DNA of 64,000 nucleotides from Sulfolobales archaeon (lineage in GTDB: Archaea > Thermoproteota > Thermoprotei_A > Sulfolobales > AG1), in NCBI GenBank assembly GCA_038867615.1, contig JAWBYA010000002.1, positions 192,001 to 256,000 of the forward strand. Reading direction: 5' to 3'. The notes under the pieces were generated by a model. The model was given only the letters and a program-made list of their open reading frames with translations. It did not search any database and was not told the origin of the DNA. The translations under genes and the position numbers were made by a program. This document shows positions 40,419-51,177 of this stretch, piece after piece. Every line of letters begins with the position of its first letter. Position 1 is the stretch's first letter.

Positions 40419-41267
40419 CTATCTCCTCGCCTCAGAAATGACATACTCAGCTATTATCCCAGCAACGTCTATCCCAGTGGCTGTTGCAAGTCCTTTGAAC
40501 TCCGGTACTGGGTTTACCTCGTTAACCACATAGCCTCCTGATCTTTTCTCAAACACATCGACACCAGCAACCTCTAAGCCGAGGATCTCACAGGATCTTA
40601 TGGCGAGATCCTCAACCTCGGGATCTAGCTTAGCAGCAACAACCTCAGAGCCTCTTGCATAGTTCGTCACAAAACCTCCTATCCTAAACATAGCCCCTAC
40701 AACTCTTGAGCCTACAACAAGGATCCTTAGATCCCTGTCACCCTTGTCAATATACTCCTGCACAAGCCCAACCCTAGCTCTGGGATCCTGCATAACCTCT
40801 CTATGCTCATAAAGGCTCCTAAGCATCTCTGAATCCCTAACGAGGGTGACAAGCCTTCCCCAGCTACCCTGGGTTGGCTTATAAACCACAGGATATCCTA
40901 GGTGCTCCGCAGCCTTCACCACAGACCCAAGACCGAGGGTAACGTAGGTCCTCGGTATGGGTATTCCTTTTAAGGATAGTAGGGAGAGTGAGACACCCTT
41001 ATCCTGGGCGATGAGGGTTGGTATGCTTCTATTTATAACTCTAAATCCCTGGGACTCTATTGCTGCAGATGCTATAGGTGCTATTGTTCTCAGCATGGAT
41101 CTCTGTATATATATGCTAGGCCCCTCCAGATCCTTAACACCTATGCCGAGAGGCTCTTCCTCGAGATGGATCAGTTTTACCTCAGCGCCCCTATCTCTAA
41201 AGGCTCTTGAGAGCTCTTTCTCCTCCCATCTATATATCGTGTAGATCAACCCTACCTTGGAGATCAA
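40419..41267 (-). CDS. lysX: LysW ligase, RimK/ATP-grasp (LysX/ArgX family)
   Basis: KPTQGSWGR, VQEYI, RDLR, EVNPVPEFKG. Confidence 0.9.
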   Translation of the reverse strand: MISKVGLIYTIYRWEEKELSRAFRDRGAEVKLIHLEEEPLGIGVKDLEGPSIYIQRSMLRTIAPIASAAIESQGFRVINRSIPTLIAQDKGVSLSLLSLKGIPIPRTYVTLGLGSVVKAAEHLGYPVVYKPTQGSWGRLVTLVRDSEMLRSLYEHREVMQDPRARVGLVQEYIDKGDRDLRILVVGSRVVGAMFRIGGFVTNYARGSEVVAAKLDPEVEDLAIRSCEILGLEVAGVDVFEKRSGGYVVNEVNPVPEFKGLATATGIDVAGIIAEYVISEARR

Positions 41268-41270
41268 TAA

Positions 41271-41438
41271 CTATTCTCCCCAGTCCTCACCAGCACTCTC
41301 AAAAGGCTTAAGCAGGATCCTGCCCCCATCTACTATTACTTCGAGGGCAACCCCGCATTCATGGTCAACTAGCTCTCCAGGCACTGCGTCGTCTGGCACC
41401 GAGACTGGGAGACCGCAAACCGGGCATTTCAGCTGCAA
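41271..41438 (-). CDS. lysW: Amino-group carrier protein LysW (55 aa, not in the ORF track)
   Basis: MQLKCPVCG...HECG...EDWGE. Confidence 0.97.
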   Translation of the reverse strand: MQLKCPVCGLPVSVPDDAVPGELVDHECGVALEVIVDGGRILLKPFESAGEDWGE

Positions 41439-41622
41439 GAACTACACCGTAGAAGAATGTAGATGGTCATTTATAAGCACGAGCTACAAACCTTTTACAA
41501 CCATTTTCTTAGTATCAAGATACGCCGTGTAAAAATAAATATTATTTAATGCTTTACAGTGTGCCGAAAAATAATACTCATTTCTATTTATTAGTTTCCT
41601 TGCCCTTTGAGAAGAGGTGACG

Positions 41623-42672
41623 ATGGTAAGGGTCTGTGTCGTAGGGGGGTCTGGATACACGGGTGGAGAGTTGCTCAGATACCTCTCCATGCATAGGGAG
41701 GCTGAGGTTAAATATGTAACATCGAGGGAGTATGCTGGCAAACCAATACACTTTGCCCACCCCAACCTCAAGGGGTTTTATAAGGGGTTGAGGTTTGAGA
41801 ACCTGAGTGTTGATAAGATTCTGGGATTATGCGATGCGGTGTTCTTCTCAACACCTCTGGAGGTTTCTCTGGAGTATATACCAAAGGTGGTTGAATCAGG
41901 GGTTAAGGTCATAGATCTCAGCCCGGCTTTCAGACTCAAGGATCTCGATCTTTTCAAAGCCTACTACGAGATCGAGCACAAAGCACCGGATCTAGCTAGA
42001 AGAGCTGTTTACGGATTGCCAGAGATCCATATATATAGAGAGGCTTTGAGAGGGGCATCCCTCATAGCATCTCCCGGGTGCAATGCCACTGCGGCAATTA
42101 TCTCCATATACCCTCTAGCCTCTACAAAGAAGATCTCCTACCCAGTAGTGATAGACGTCAAGGCGGGAAGTAGCGAGGCAGGGGCTAAACCAACACCCTG
42201 GGACCACCACCCAGAGAGGGCTAGCAGTACTAGGCCTTATTCACCCAAAGGGCATAGACATATCGCCGAGGTGCTCCAACTCCTCAGAGAGCTTGGGGAG
42301 AGCGATGATAGGGTTAGCTTGATCCCGCACGCAGTACCAATAGTGAGGGGTGTTTTATCATCAACACACCTATATATAGACATAGACGAGCAGGAGCTGG
42401 TTAAAATATATGTCGAGAGATATGCCGGAAGCCCGTTCATAAGGATCATGTGGGGCTCTCCAACACCATACCCAGACCCCAAGAACCTCGTAGGAACAAA
42501 CATAGCCGACATAGGGTTTGCTGTGGAGGAGAGGGCGAGGAGAGTATCTATATTCGTAGCCCTCGATAACCTTGGCAAGGGTGCAGCGGGACAGGCTCTC
42601 CAGGCTTTCAACCTATCCCTAGGTATTGATGAGAGGGAGGGTCTATGGATACCCCCAACCAGGCCTGTTTAG
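41623..42672 (+). CDS. lysY: [LysW]-phosphate reductase (ArgC family)
   Basis: GGSGYTGGE, YGLPE, SPGCNAT, DNLGKGAAGQA. Confidence 0.93.
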   Translation: MVRVCVVGGSGYTGGELLRYLSMHREAEVKYVTSREYAGKPIHFAHPNLKGFYKGLRFENLSVDKILGLCDAVFFSTPLEVSLEYIPKVVESGVKVIDLSPAFRLKDLDLFKAYYEIEHKAPDLARRAVYGLPEIHIYREALRGASLIASPGCNATAAIISIYPLASTKKISYPVVIDVKAGSSEAGAKPTPWDHHPERASSTRPYSPKGHRHIAEVLQLLRELGESDDRVSLIPHAVPIVRGVLSSTHLYIDIDEQELVKIYVERYAGSPFIRIMWGSPTPYPDPKNLVGTNIADIGFAVEERARRVSIFVALDNLGKGAAGQALQAFNLSLGIDEREGLWIPPTRPV

Positions 42673-43475
42673 GAGAGATAGTTGTTATAAAGATTGGTGG
42701 AAGAACTCTTGAGAGGAATCTAGACGGACTGGTTGAAAGCATAACTAGGGCCTCGAGATGTGGGAAGATCATATTGATCCACGGTGGAGGAGATCAGGTG
42801 ACAAGGGTGAGCAAAGCACTCGGTATAGAGCCTAGGTTTGTAACATCGCCCCAAGGGATTAGGAGTAGATATACCTCTAAGGAGGAGCTAGAAGTCTTCA
42901 TAATGGTTATGTCCCTGATCAATAAGAGCATCGTTACCTCCCTAGTAAAGAGGGGGGTTAGGGCTATCGGTATAGCTGGGTGTGACGGACCTATACTAGA
43001 GGGTGTGAGGAAGAAACAGCTTGTCATAATCGATGAGAGGGGTAGGAAGAGGGTTATAGAGGGCGGCTATACTGGGAGTATAGGGAGATGCCATAGGGAG
43101 AGGTTATTAGAGTTACTAAAGATCTCAGACGTGGTGGTAGTATCACCCCTAGCAATAGATATAGAGGAAGGCGTGCTCCTAAACGTAGATGGCGATGAAG
43201 CCGCAGCCTCTATAGCAAGGTGTGTAGAGGCGAAGGGAGCTATCTTTGTAACAGACGTCCCCGGAGTTATAATAGATGGTAACGTTGTTAAGGAGATAAG
43301 GGAGAGTGATAAGGAGATCCTAAACAAGATCGGTGCTGGGATGAATAGAAAGGTTATGGCAGCCATGAAATACGTGGGAGAGAGTGGTGGTAAGGCATAT
43401 ATATGTGATGGGACATCAGGAGACGTCTTTGAAAAGGCTCTCAATGGGGAGTGCACAGTAATAGCCAAGGGCTAG
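42645..43475 (+). CDS. lysZ: [LysW]-kinase (ArgB family)
   Basis: IKIGG, IHGGG, SPQGIRSRYT, NVDGD, GMNRK. Confidence 0.93.
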   Translation: MDTPNQACLGEIVVIKIGGRTLERNLDGLVESITRASRCGKIILIHGGGDQVTRVSKALGIEPRFVTSPQGIRSRYTSKEELEVFIMVMSLINKSIVTSLVKRGVRAIGIAGCDGPILEGVRKKQLVIIDERGRKRVIEGGYTGSIGRCHRERLLELLKISDVVVVSPLAIDIEEGVLLNVDGDEAAASIARCVEAKGAIFVTDVPGVIIDGNVVKEIRESDKEILNKIGAGMNRKVMAAMKYVGESGGKAYICDGTSGDVFEKALNGECTVIAKG

Positions 43476-44098
43476 CCTTGTGCTAATGATCTCAAGAGAT
43501 TCTCCACATACCTCCATGTATCGCTAACAACAAGCTCGAGAGGTCTCCTAGCATCTATAAGCACCAGCTCCCCCCTCCTAACCAGCTCGAGATATATTCT
43601 CCTCGCAGCCTCTAGAAGCCCTTTCTTCTCATAGAAACCCCACCTCCCCGTGGTTCTGATCCTCTTTAAACCCTCCTCAGGCTCTATATCTAGATATATA
43701 GCTAGATCTGGTTTTGGAAAAGCATTGTTTATAATCCTCAGCCACTCCGTATCAACACCCATAGCCCCTTGATAGGCTATCGTGCTATAGTAGTATCTAT
43801 CCATAACAACAACCTCGCCCCTCTCCATGGCAGGCTTAACAACAACCTCAACATGGTATGCCCTATCACAAGCCATTGCAAGAGCGTCTATCAACGGATT
43901 ATCGATAGACTTTTCCTTAACCCTCACAAGAGCCTCAGCAAAAGGGCTCTCATAGGGCTCGTACGTATAGATAGCCCTATAACCCCTCGAGACAAGCATT
44001 CTAGTGATCTCCCTAGCAACAGTGGTTTTCCCAGCACCGTCTATCCCCTCTATAACTATGAGAACCCCTTCCACACTAAGCCCGAGATGGAGTAGCAA
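43472..44098 (-). CDS. tmk: Thymidylate kinase
   Basis: EGIDGAGKTT, DRYYYS..AYQ. Confidence 0.95.
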   Translation of the reverse strand: MLLHLGLSVEGVLIVIEGIDGAGKTTVAREITRMLVSRGYRAIYTYEPYESPFAEALVRVKEKSIDNPLIDALAMACDRAYHVEVVVKPAMERGEVVVMDRYYYSTIAYQGAMGVDTEWLRIINNAFPKPDLAIYLDIEPEEGLKRIRTTGRWGFYEKKGLLEAARRIYLELVRRGELVLIDARRPLELVVSDTWRYVENLLRSLAQG

Positions 44099-44293
44099 TG
44101 GGAGATATATAGCATTAGCATTTCATAATCGATACTGCTTAGCAATGTAGTAAGGATTAGGAACATGAGTTCTGCTTCGTCACCAGGTAAGGCTCTGTTT
44201 TTGGATTGTTACCCAAACCCTCTATCACTTTGATAAGAATAACATGTATATGCGAACTTATATCAATCTTAATAGTTATCTCTTTAGGGATAG

Positions 44294-47002
44294 TTGTTGA
44301 GAAGCCCCTCAACGCTAAGGGATCTTGCGAGGTCTGAATTAGAGGTTGGTTCGAGAAAATATAGATATTACAGCATCCCGGCCCTCGAGAAAGAGGGCTA
44401 CGATATTGCAAGACTCCCGGCTAGCCTTAGAATAATCCTGGAATCGATGATCAGGAACTATGATGGTGTCTCCATATCAGACGAGGATATAGAGAATCTC
44501 CTTAAATGGAACCCAAAGAGCCCCAGCGGTGAGATCGCATTCAAAGTGGCCAGGGTTATTACCCAGGATTTCACGGGCGCCTCTCTGATACTAGATCTGG
44601 CCGTGATGAGGGAGTATGTTACAAAGATAGGTATCGATCCTGCAGAGGTTAATCCAAAAGTACCTGTAGACCTGATAATAGATCACTCTGTACAGGTTGA
44701 TTTCTGGGGATCTCCGGAATCGCTTAGAAGAAACATAGAGCTCGAGTTTACGAGAAACTCAGAAAGATACAGGCTATTCAAATGGGCTGCAACAACATTT
44801 AAGAACTTCAGGGTCTTCCCCCCAGGTATAGGGATCATACATCAGGTTAACCTAGAATACCTATCAAAGGTAGTCATAGCTGAGGAGACGAGGGAGGGTT
44901 ATATAGCATACTTCGACACACTGATTGGTACGGATTCACATACACCCATGGTTAACGGAGTAGGCGTCCTAGGATGGGGTGTCGGGGGTGTTGAGGCTGA
45001 GGCCGCTATGCTGGGCCAGCCGGTCATAATACCCCTACCCGAGGTTGTTGGGGTTCATCTCTACGGAGAGCTTAGAGAAGGTGTTACAGCAACAGATCTT
45101 GTCCTAACAATCACAGAGCTTCTTAGAAAGAAGAATGTTGTTGGTAAGTTCGTCGAGTTCTTCGGAGAAGGTGTTTCATCGCTCTCGGTTCCAGATAGGG
45201 CTACTATAGCTAATATGGCTCCTGAGTATGGCTCCACATTATCCCTCTTCCCAGTGGATGAGGAGACTATAAGGTATCTCAGGCTCACAGGAAGACCTGA
45301 AGATCATATAGCCCTTGTTAAGAAATACATGGAGATCCAAGGGCTCTTCGGCTCCCGCAGCGGTGATGGGATAGAGTATTCCGAGGTTGTGGAGCTCGAT
45401 CTAAGCTCTGTCGAGCCAAGCATCGCGGGACCCTCCCTCCCCTGGCAGAGACTGGGATTGGCTGATGTTCCCAAGAGCTTTGCTAAATTTGTTGAGGAGA
45501 GGAGAAAGAAGCCGGGCTTTCTAGAAAAGAGGGTTAGCATCGATGGCGAAGAGATAACCCTAAAGGATGGCGATGTTGTGATCGCTGCTATAACAAGCTG
45601 CACCAACACAAGCAACCCAGAGGTAATGATCGGTGCTGGATTGGTAGCAAAGAAGGCAGCCGAGCTCGGCCTCTCGATACCTAAGTATGTTAAGACAAGC
45701 ATAGCCCCCGGCTCTAGGGTTGTTACAGAGTATCTCTCAAGATCAGGCCTGCTAGCGTATTTAGAAAAGCTCGGTTTCAGCGTCGTTGGGTATGGGTGTA
45801 CAACGTGTATAGGTAACTCAGGCCCGCTGCCAGAAGGGATCTCTAACGCCCTCTCTAAAGACGGGATCATGGGTGTCGCTGTGCTCTCAGGCAACAGGAA
45901 CTTCGAGGGGAGGGTTCACCCAGATGTAAGGGCTAGCTATCTCATGTCACCAATGCTCGTCGTAGTCTATGCTCTTGCTGGGAGTGTTAATAAAGATCTA
46001 TCTAGAGAGCCCATAGCCGTAACACCCAACGGTCCTGTTTATCTCAAATCCATATGGCCCAGCAGGAAGGAGATAATCGAGATCATGGATCGATATGTGA
46101 AGCCTGAGCTCTTCATAGAGAAATACTCAAAGATCTATGAGGATGCTCCAGAGGCTTGGAAGAAGCTCGAAGCACCCAAGGGAGTGCTCTACGAGTGGGA
46201 TCCAAAGAGCACCTATATCAAGAGACCACCCTTCCTAGACGACTTTAGACCAGATAGAGAGCCTGTTATAGAGGATATCATAGACGCAAGACCCCTACTA
46301 ATCCTAGGAGACTCTATAAGCACGGATCACATATCGCCAGCCGGGAGGATAGATCCAGAGAGCCCTGCGGGTAAATATCTATTAGAACAAGGGGTGAGCC
46401 CCAAGGAGTTCAACACCTACGGAGCTAGAAGGGGTAATCACGAGGTTATGGTTAGAGGAGCATTTGCAAACAAGGGTGTGAGGAACAAGATGCTCCAGGA
46501 CAAGGGTATAAGCGGTGGCTACACAATACACTACCCATCTGGAGAGATTATGAGTGTCTATGACGCAGCCATGAGGTATATGAGCGAAGGAGTCCCCCTA
46601 CTAATAATAGCTGGAAAGGAGTACGGCTTGGGCAGCTCTAGAGACTGGGCTGCGAGGGCCCCAAGACTCCTCGGTGTAAGGGCTGTTATTGCTGAGAGCT
46701 TCGAGAGGATACATAGATCCAACCTGGTTGGGATGGGCATAATACCCCTCCAGTTCCCCAAAGGCGTTAACGCAGACACACTTAAGCTCAGGGGAGACGA
46801 GCTATTCGACATAGTGGGGCTGAAGAACCTAACACCAAGAGGAAGAGTTACCATGGTTATCAAGAGACCTAATGGCGATAGAGAGACCGTTGAGCTTATA
46901 GCTAGAGTAGAGACCAAAGCCGAGATCGAGTATCTCAAATACGGAGGCATACTCCACTACGCTTTCATGAAAATGCTCGAAGAACTTAGAAAGGGCGCAT
47001 AG
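44294..47002 (+). CDS. acnA: Aconitate hydratase A
   Basis: DHSVQVD, GTDSHT, ITSCTNTSNP, CTTCIGNSG, GSSRDWAA. Confidence 0.98.
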   Translation: MLRSPSTLRDLARSELEVGSRKYRYYSIPALEKEGYDIARLPASLRIILESMIRNYDGVSISDEDIENLLKWNPKSPSGEIAFKVARVITQDFTGASLILDLAVMREYVTKIGIDPAEVNPKVPVDLIIDHSVQVDFWGSPESLRRNIELEFTRNSERYRLFKWAATTFKNFRVFPPGIGIIHQVNLEYLSKVVIAEETREGYIAYFDTLIGTDSHTPMVNGVGVLGWGVGGVEAEAAMLGQPVIIPLPEVVGVHLYGELREGVTATDLVLTITELLRKKNVVGKFVEFFGEGVSSLSVPDRATIANMAPEYGSTLSLFPVDEETIRYLRLTGRPEDHIALVKKYMEIQGLFGSRSGDGIEYSEVVELDLSSVEPSIAGPSLPWQRLGLADVPKSFAKFVEERRKKPGFLEKRVSIDGEEITLKDGDVVIAAITSCTNTSNPEVMIGAGLVAKKAAELGLSIPKYVKTSIAPGSRVVTEYLSRSGLLAYLEKLGFSVVGYGCTTCIGNSGPLPEGISNALSKDGIMGVAVLSGNRNFEGRVHPDVRASYLMSPMLVVVYALAGSVNKDLSREPIAVTPNGPVYLKSIWPSRKEIIEIMDRYVKPELFIEKYSKIYEDAPEAWKKLEAPKGVLYEWDPKSTYIKRPPFLDDFRPDREPVIEDIIDARPLLILGDSISTDHISPAGRIDPESPAGKYLLEQGVSPKEFNTYGARRGNHEVMVRGAFANKGVRNKMLQDKGISGGYTIHYPSGEIMSVYDAAMRYMSEGVPLLIIAGKEYGLGSSRDWAARAPRLLGVRAVIAESFERIHRSNLVGMGIIPLQFPKGVNADTLKLRGDELFDIVGLKNLTPRGRVTMVIKRPNGDRETVELIARVETKAEIEYLKYGGILHYAFMKMLEELRKGA

Positions 47003-47041
47003 TACTCTTTTTAATCTCCCCATAAACCCTATATCTAGGAG

Positions 47042-48256
47042 ATGAGAATGAGTTATAAAACAATTAGAGAGAGATCTCTGGAAGCCCTTAAGATCATAAG
47101 CAACTATATACATAGAACACCTCTCGATAAGAGCACAACGTTCTCAAGAATGTTTGGCGGAGAGGTGTATCTCAAATACGAAAACCTGCAGAAATCAGGC
47201 TCGTTCAAGGCTAGAGGAGCTCTCTATAAGATAAACAGGCTCTACCATCAAGGGGTTAGGGAGGTTGTAGCAGCATCCTCAGGGAACCATGCACAGGGTG
47301 TTGCCTACGCAGCATCGATATACGGTGTGAAAGCAACCATATTCATGCCCGAGACAGCCCCCATAGCAAAGGTAGAGGCTACTAAGGGCTACGGGGCTGA
47401 AGTGATCCTCAGGGGGAGGGTATTTGACGAGGCTTATGAGAGTGCGGCTAGCTATTCGAAAGAGAGGGGTGCTGCCTTTATCCACCCATTCAACGATCTA
47501 GATATAATAGCTGGGCAGGGAACAATAGCACTGGAACTAATGGAACAGATCAGCAGCTTCGACATAGTGCTAGTCCCAGTAGGTGGGGGAGGTCTTATCT
47601 CAGGCATAGCCTCGGTGTTAAAGGAGTCTGGGAGAAATGTGAAGGTCATAGGGATCGAGCCCGAGGCAGCGCCCAAATTCAAAGAATCCCTCAGGCTTGG
47701 AAGGATCACTGAGGTGCCTGTAACCCCCTCACTAGCCGATGGGCTTCTAGCCAAGAAGCCTGGTGATATAACATTCGATCTTGTTAAGAAATATGTGGAC
47801 GATATAGTAACAGTCTCCGAAGACTCCATAGCCAGGGCTATGTATCTGCTTATGCAGAGAAACAAGATCGTAGCCGAGGGTTCCGGGGCTATTGGACTAG
47901 CAGCTCTGCTAGAGGGTAAGGTTAATATTGAGGGTAAGAGGTGTATTGCGATCATAAGTGGTGGTAATGTGGATCTAACGGATCTTTATAGAATAATAAT
48001 GAGGGGTCTCACAGCCGAGGGAAGAATGATCGAGTTTTCAGTAGAGCTCGTAGACGCTCCAGGAGAGCTTAAGAGGGTTTTGGAGGTTATATACGAGTAT
48101 AGAGGCAACATCGTTGAGATAACCCACAAGAGAGGGGGGAGGGATATAGCACCTGGGAGAGCCATAGTGGGCTTGGTAGTCGAAATCCCATCAAAAGACA
48201 TCGGGGATAAGATCACATCAACCCTCTCCTCAAAAGGATATAAAGTTACGAGGTGA
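47042..48256 (+). CDS. ilvA: Threonine/serine dehydratase with C-terminal ACT domain
   Basis: ENLQKSGSFKARG, SSGNHAQG, GGGGLISG, SGGN. Confidence 0.92.
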   Translation: MRMSYKTIRERSLEALKIISNYIHRTPLDKSTTFSRMFGGEVYLKYENLQKSGSFKARGALYKINRLYHQGVREVVAASSGNHAQGVAYAASIYGVKATIFMPETAPIAKVEATKGYGAEVILRGRVFDEAYESAASYSKERGAAFIHPFNDLDIIAGQGTIALELMEQISSFDIVLVPVGGGGLISGIASVLKESGRNVKVIGIEPEAAPKFKESLRLGRITEVPVTPSLADGLLAKKPGDITFDLVKKYVDDIVTVSEDSIARAMYLLMQRNKIVAEGSGAIGLAALLEGKVNIEGKRCIAIISGGNVDLTDLYRIIMRGLTAEGRMIEFSVELVDAPGELKRVLEVIYEYRGNIVEITHKRGGRDIAPGRAIVGLVVEIPSKDIGDKITSTLSSKGYKVTR

Positions 48257-48615
48257 CGAGAATCAAGCCCTCAAGAGATCCTGGAGCAGGGATCTTTAGG
48301 GTTTCTTTCGAGATCCTCTTTAACAGCCCGCAGGAGCTTATAGATCTTCTCTCAGAGCTTGAGAAGAGGATCAGGAGTAAGTGGGGCGGCAGCCCCCATC
48401 TATCCTCATCCTCACTCCTATGGGGCTCTGGCAGCGAGATGGTTAGGATAGCCTTCTCAGAGCAGATCGAGAGGGGAGGGTTATCAATAACCCCTGGGCT
48501 TCTCAGAGCATCTGGCGTTATTGAGTGCGTCTCCTCCGATAGATGTGTTGAGATCTATGAAGAGATCTATGAGACTACGAGGCTTAAGAATCTGAGGATC
48601 CGGCTAACCATATAG
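48253..48615 (+). CDS. Hypothetical protein
   Basis: 120 aa, GTGA overlap with the ilvA stop. Confidence 0.6.
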   Translation: MTRIKPSRDPGAGIFRVSFEILFNSPQELIDLLSELEKRIRSKWGGSPHLSSSSLLWGSGSEMVRIAFSEQIERGGLSITPGLLRASGVIECVSSDRCVEIYEEIYETTRLKNLRIRLTI

Positions 48616-48628
48616 CAGCCTCTTTCTC

Positions 48629-49444
48629 CTAGATTTTCTCTAGAATCTCTATATCCTCGGCGCCAAGTCTCCAGCCCATAGATCCTCTGAATTCCTCAAC
48701 CCTTTCAACCCTCTCTGTTTTTGGTATAGCCATAACCATTGGTCTCGATATAAGATAGTTGAGAGCAACCTGTATGGGTGTTTTACCATATTTCTTTGCT
48801 ATAGAGACCACGGTCTCGTTTTTCGCAACACCTCCCCATTCGAGGGGTGTGTAGGCCTGGATCAGGATCTTGTTTTCTATCGAGAACCCCAGGAGATCCT
48901 TCTCTACTTGCTTGTCAAGCACGCTGTATTTCACCTGGTTAGCCACTATCTCGTGCTTTTTAGTAGCCCTTATGGCTCTTGATAGGTTCTCTACTCCAAA
49001 GTTACTCACACCAATGAATCTAGCCATGCCAGCCTCTACCGTTGCCTCTAGAAACTGGATCTGTTTCTCTATAGAGATGCCAGGCCTTGGCCAATGGATC
49101 AATACTAGATCTACGTAACTCGTTCCAAGCCTTCTAAGGCTAGCCTCAAGAGCCTTAATAACCTTAGACTGATCCGAGAACCTGTCTGGAAGGATCTTGG
49201 TTACGATAAACACCCTATCCCTACCAATAATCCTACACACTCTACCAACAAGCTTCTCAGCCTCGCCATTGGCATACATCTCAGCAGTATCTATCAAATT
49301 CATCCCAACCTCGACAGCCCTAATAAGTGCGGTCTCGGCCATTGAGTAACTGTTTATTCTCCAAGTCCCTATCCCGATCGCGGGAACCGTCTCGCCGGTT
49401 CTTCCGAGGGGCTTCCTATCATTAGGATCTATCTGGAACCTCAT
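48629..49444 (-). CDS. Aldo/keto reductase
   Basis: GIGTW, IDTAEMY, IHWP, GVSNF, AIPK. Confidence 0.95.
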   Translation of the reverse strand: MRFQIDPNDRKPLGRTGETVPAIGIGTWRINSYSMAETALIRAVEVGMNLIDTAEMYANGEAEKLVGRVCRIIGRDRVFIVTKILPDRFSDQSKVIKALEASLRRLGTSYVDLVLIHWPRPGISIEKQIQFLEATVEAGMARFIGVSNFGVENLSRAIRATKKHEIVANQVKYSVLDKQVEKDLLGFSIENKILIQAYTPLEWGGVAKNETVVSIAKKYGKTPIQVALNYLISRPMVMAIPKTERVERVEEFRGSMGWRLGAEDIEILEKI

Positions 49445-49792
49445 AGACCCTATCCAATATGATCCATAGTACTGTGAGTAATATATTTATGTTGTGTGTT
49501 GCATACACCTCGATATTTATGACGATTTTTGACAACGACTGCATAACTATATCAATCCAAAAGGGCTTATCATTCACAAATCGATCTTATTCCAACAATC
49601 CCAGGGAACATGGAATCTTTAAAAGCCATTGCGTTTATCATCAACCCTAGGTATCAAAGAGAAGTTTTTCACAAATGTTTGAGAAAATGCATTTTTAACT
49701 CACTATAGATTGCGAAAGTTTTTTGTACCTAGCATTTAGCACGTGTCTTTTAAAAAGTGTTATTAAGCCCGGGTATTTCTATATAACGGTAG

Positions 49793-51031
49793 ATGGTGAT
49801 AAAGGACTACAGCAAGATCTGGGTATGGCTTTTCCTGGATATCTATCTACCCTCGATAATAATGGCTATAGCTAGGGGTATGTTAACAATAACCCTTCCC
49901 CTCTATCTCATCTCAGCAGGTCTGGATCCCGTCTATGTAGGGCTTGGCAGCGCATCTATAGCTCTAGGCAACCTGTTGCTAGATATCCCTGGAGGAGTTA
50001 TCCTCAGGATCACGGGTGAGAAGATCTTTACAAGGATCTCGATGATCGTGTTATCCCTATCATCGCTGGGGATGGTGTTTCTCCAACACCCATGGATCCT
50101 CGTAATGCTCTCCATAATCTTCGGCGGTGGGAGGAGCATGTGGCTCCTTGCTAGAAGATATGTGATAACATATTACGTAGAGTACCAGTATAGGGGAAGA
50201 GCATCCTCTTTCATAGGCATGTCGGAGAGGCTTGGAACATTTATAGGACCGGGGATAGTTGCGTTAGTGATCGATAGGCTCGGCTATCCATGGGTATTCC
50301 TAACATGTTTCACGCTAACAGTAATAGCCGGCATGCTTAACATAGCCGCATCGAGATTACCCATGCCAGGAAATAGAATCGATAGCGAAATAGAGGCAAG
50401 GCATAGATACCACGCACAGGATCTTGCAGCAAGTCAGAACCAGCCTGGATTGCTATCCCTCGCAGCATTCTCAGTAGCCCAGATAGCTGTTCAGGGTGTT
50501 AGATCTAGTAGGAACCTGCTGGTCCCGATCATAGGTAAAGGGATCGGGATGAGCGACAGCAGCGTGAGCCTAGCAGTAAGCATCTCAGGAGCCCTCGACG
50601 TGCTCAGCTCATACCCAGCTGGCGTTATAATGGATAAGAAGGGGAGGCATGTTGCGGTGATGATCAGCTTCTCAATAATGGCTATAGGCTTCCTCCTCCT
50701 AGCTATAACCAATAACGAGACCCTCTTCTACGCATCAGTACTCACAATAGGTTTTGGAAACGGTTTCGGCTCAGGTACAATGATAACCATGGGCGCCGAT
50801 ATTGTATCGAGGATGAGGAGCGATAGAGGAGCAATATTCCTAGCCATATGGCAGTTCATAGGAGACCTTGGGAGCGCCGTATTTCCAATATCAATAGGGC
50901 TGGCGATATCGATCTGGGGAGTATCGGTCTCAAGCACCGTTATATCGGCCATATCAACATCTATAGTTATAGCCTTCAGAACAGCGATAAGCGATAAGAT
51001 CCGTAGAACGGCACAACCCCGCCAAGGTTAG
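49793..51031 (+). CDS. MFS transporter
   Basis: About 12 TM; YRGRA, GVIMDKKGR motif A. Confidence 0.9.
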   Translation: MVIKDYSKIWVWLFLDIYLPSIIMAIARGMLTITLPLYLISAGLDPVYVGLGSASIALGNLLLDIPGGVILRITGEKIFTRISMIVLSLSSLGMVFLQHPWILVMLSIIFGGGRSMWLLARRYVITYYVEYQYRGRASSFIGMSERLGTFIGPGIVALVIDRLGYPWVFLTCFTLTVIAGMLNIAASRLPMPGNRIDSEIEARHRYHAQDLAASQNQPGLLSLAAFSVAQIAVQGVRSSRNLLVPIIGKGIGMSDSSVSLAVSISGALDVLSSYPAGVIMDKKGRHVAVMISFSIMAIGFLLLAITNNETLFYASVLTIGFGNGFGSGTMITMGADIVSRMRSDRGAIFLAIWQFIGDLGSAVFPISIGLAISIWGVSVSSTVISAISTSIVIAFRTAISDKIRRTAQPRQG

Positions 51032-51177
51032 ATTCACTGCCCCACAACACTTAGTTCCGAGATTACTAGTATATCTCCAACGACAGAGAGGCGAGTGTTA
51101 AAAACCTCTTTATATAAACCCATATCATGTGTGGGGCAGATATGATTTGTAAATGCTGACCAACTCTAGTTTGTGTA

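Noticed and set aside
42645-42700. lysZ as another AUA start (ATA GTT GTT ATA AAG)
   Set aside because: An in-frame ATG at 42645 with GGAGG upstream is adequate, so the case is ambiguous.
44223-44235. TATCAC-type TrmB/TGM operator upstream of acnA
   Set aside because: TATCA-CTT-TGATA does not fit the TATCAC-N5-GTGATA spacing and is short enough to be chance.
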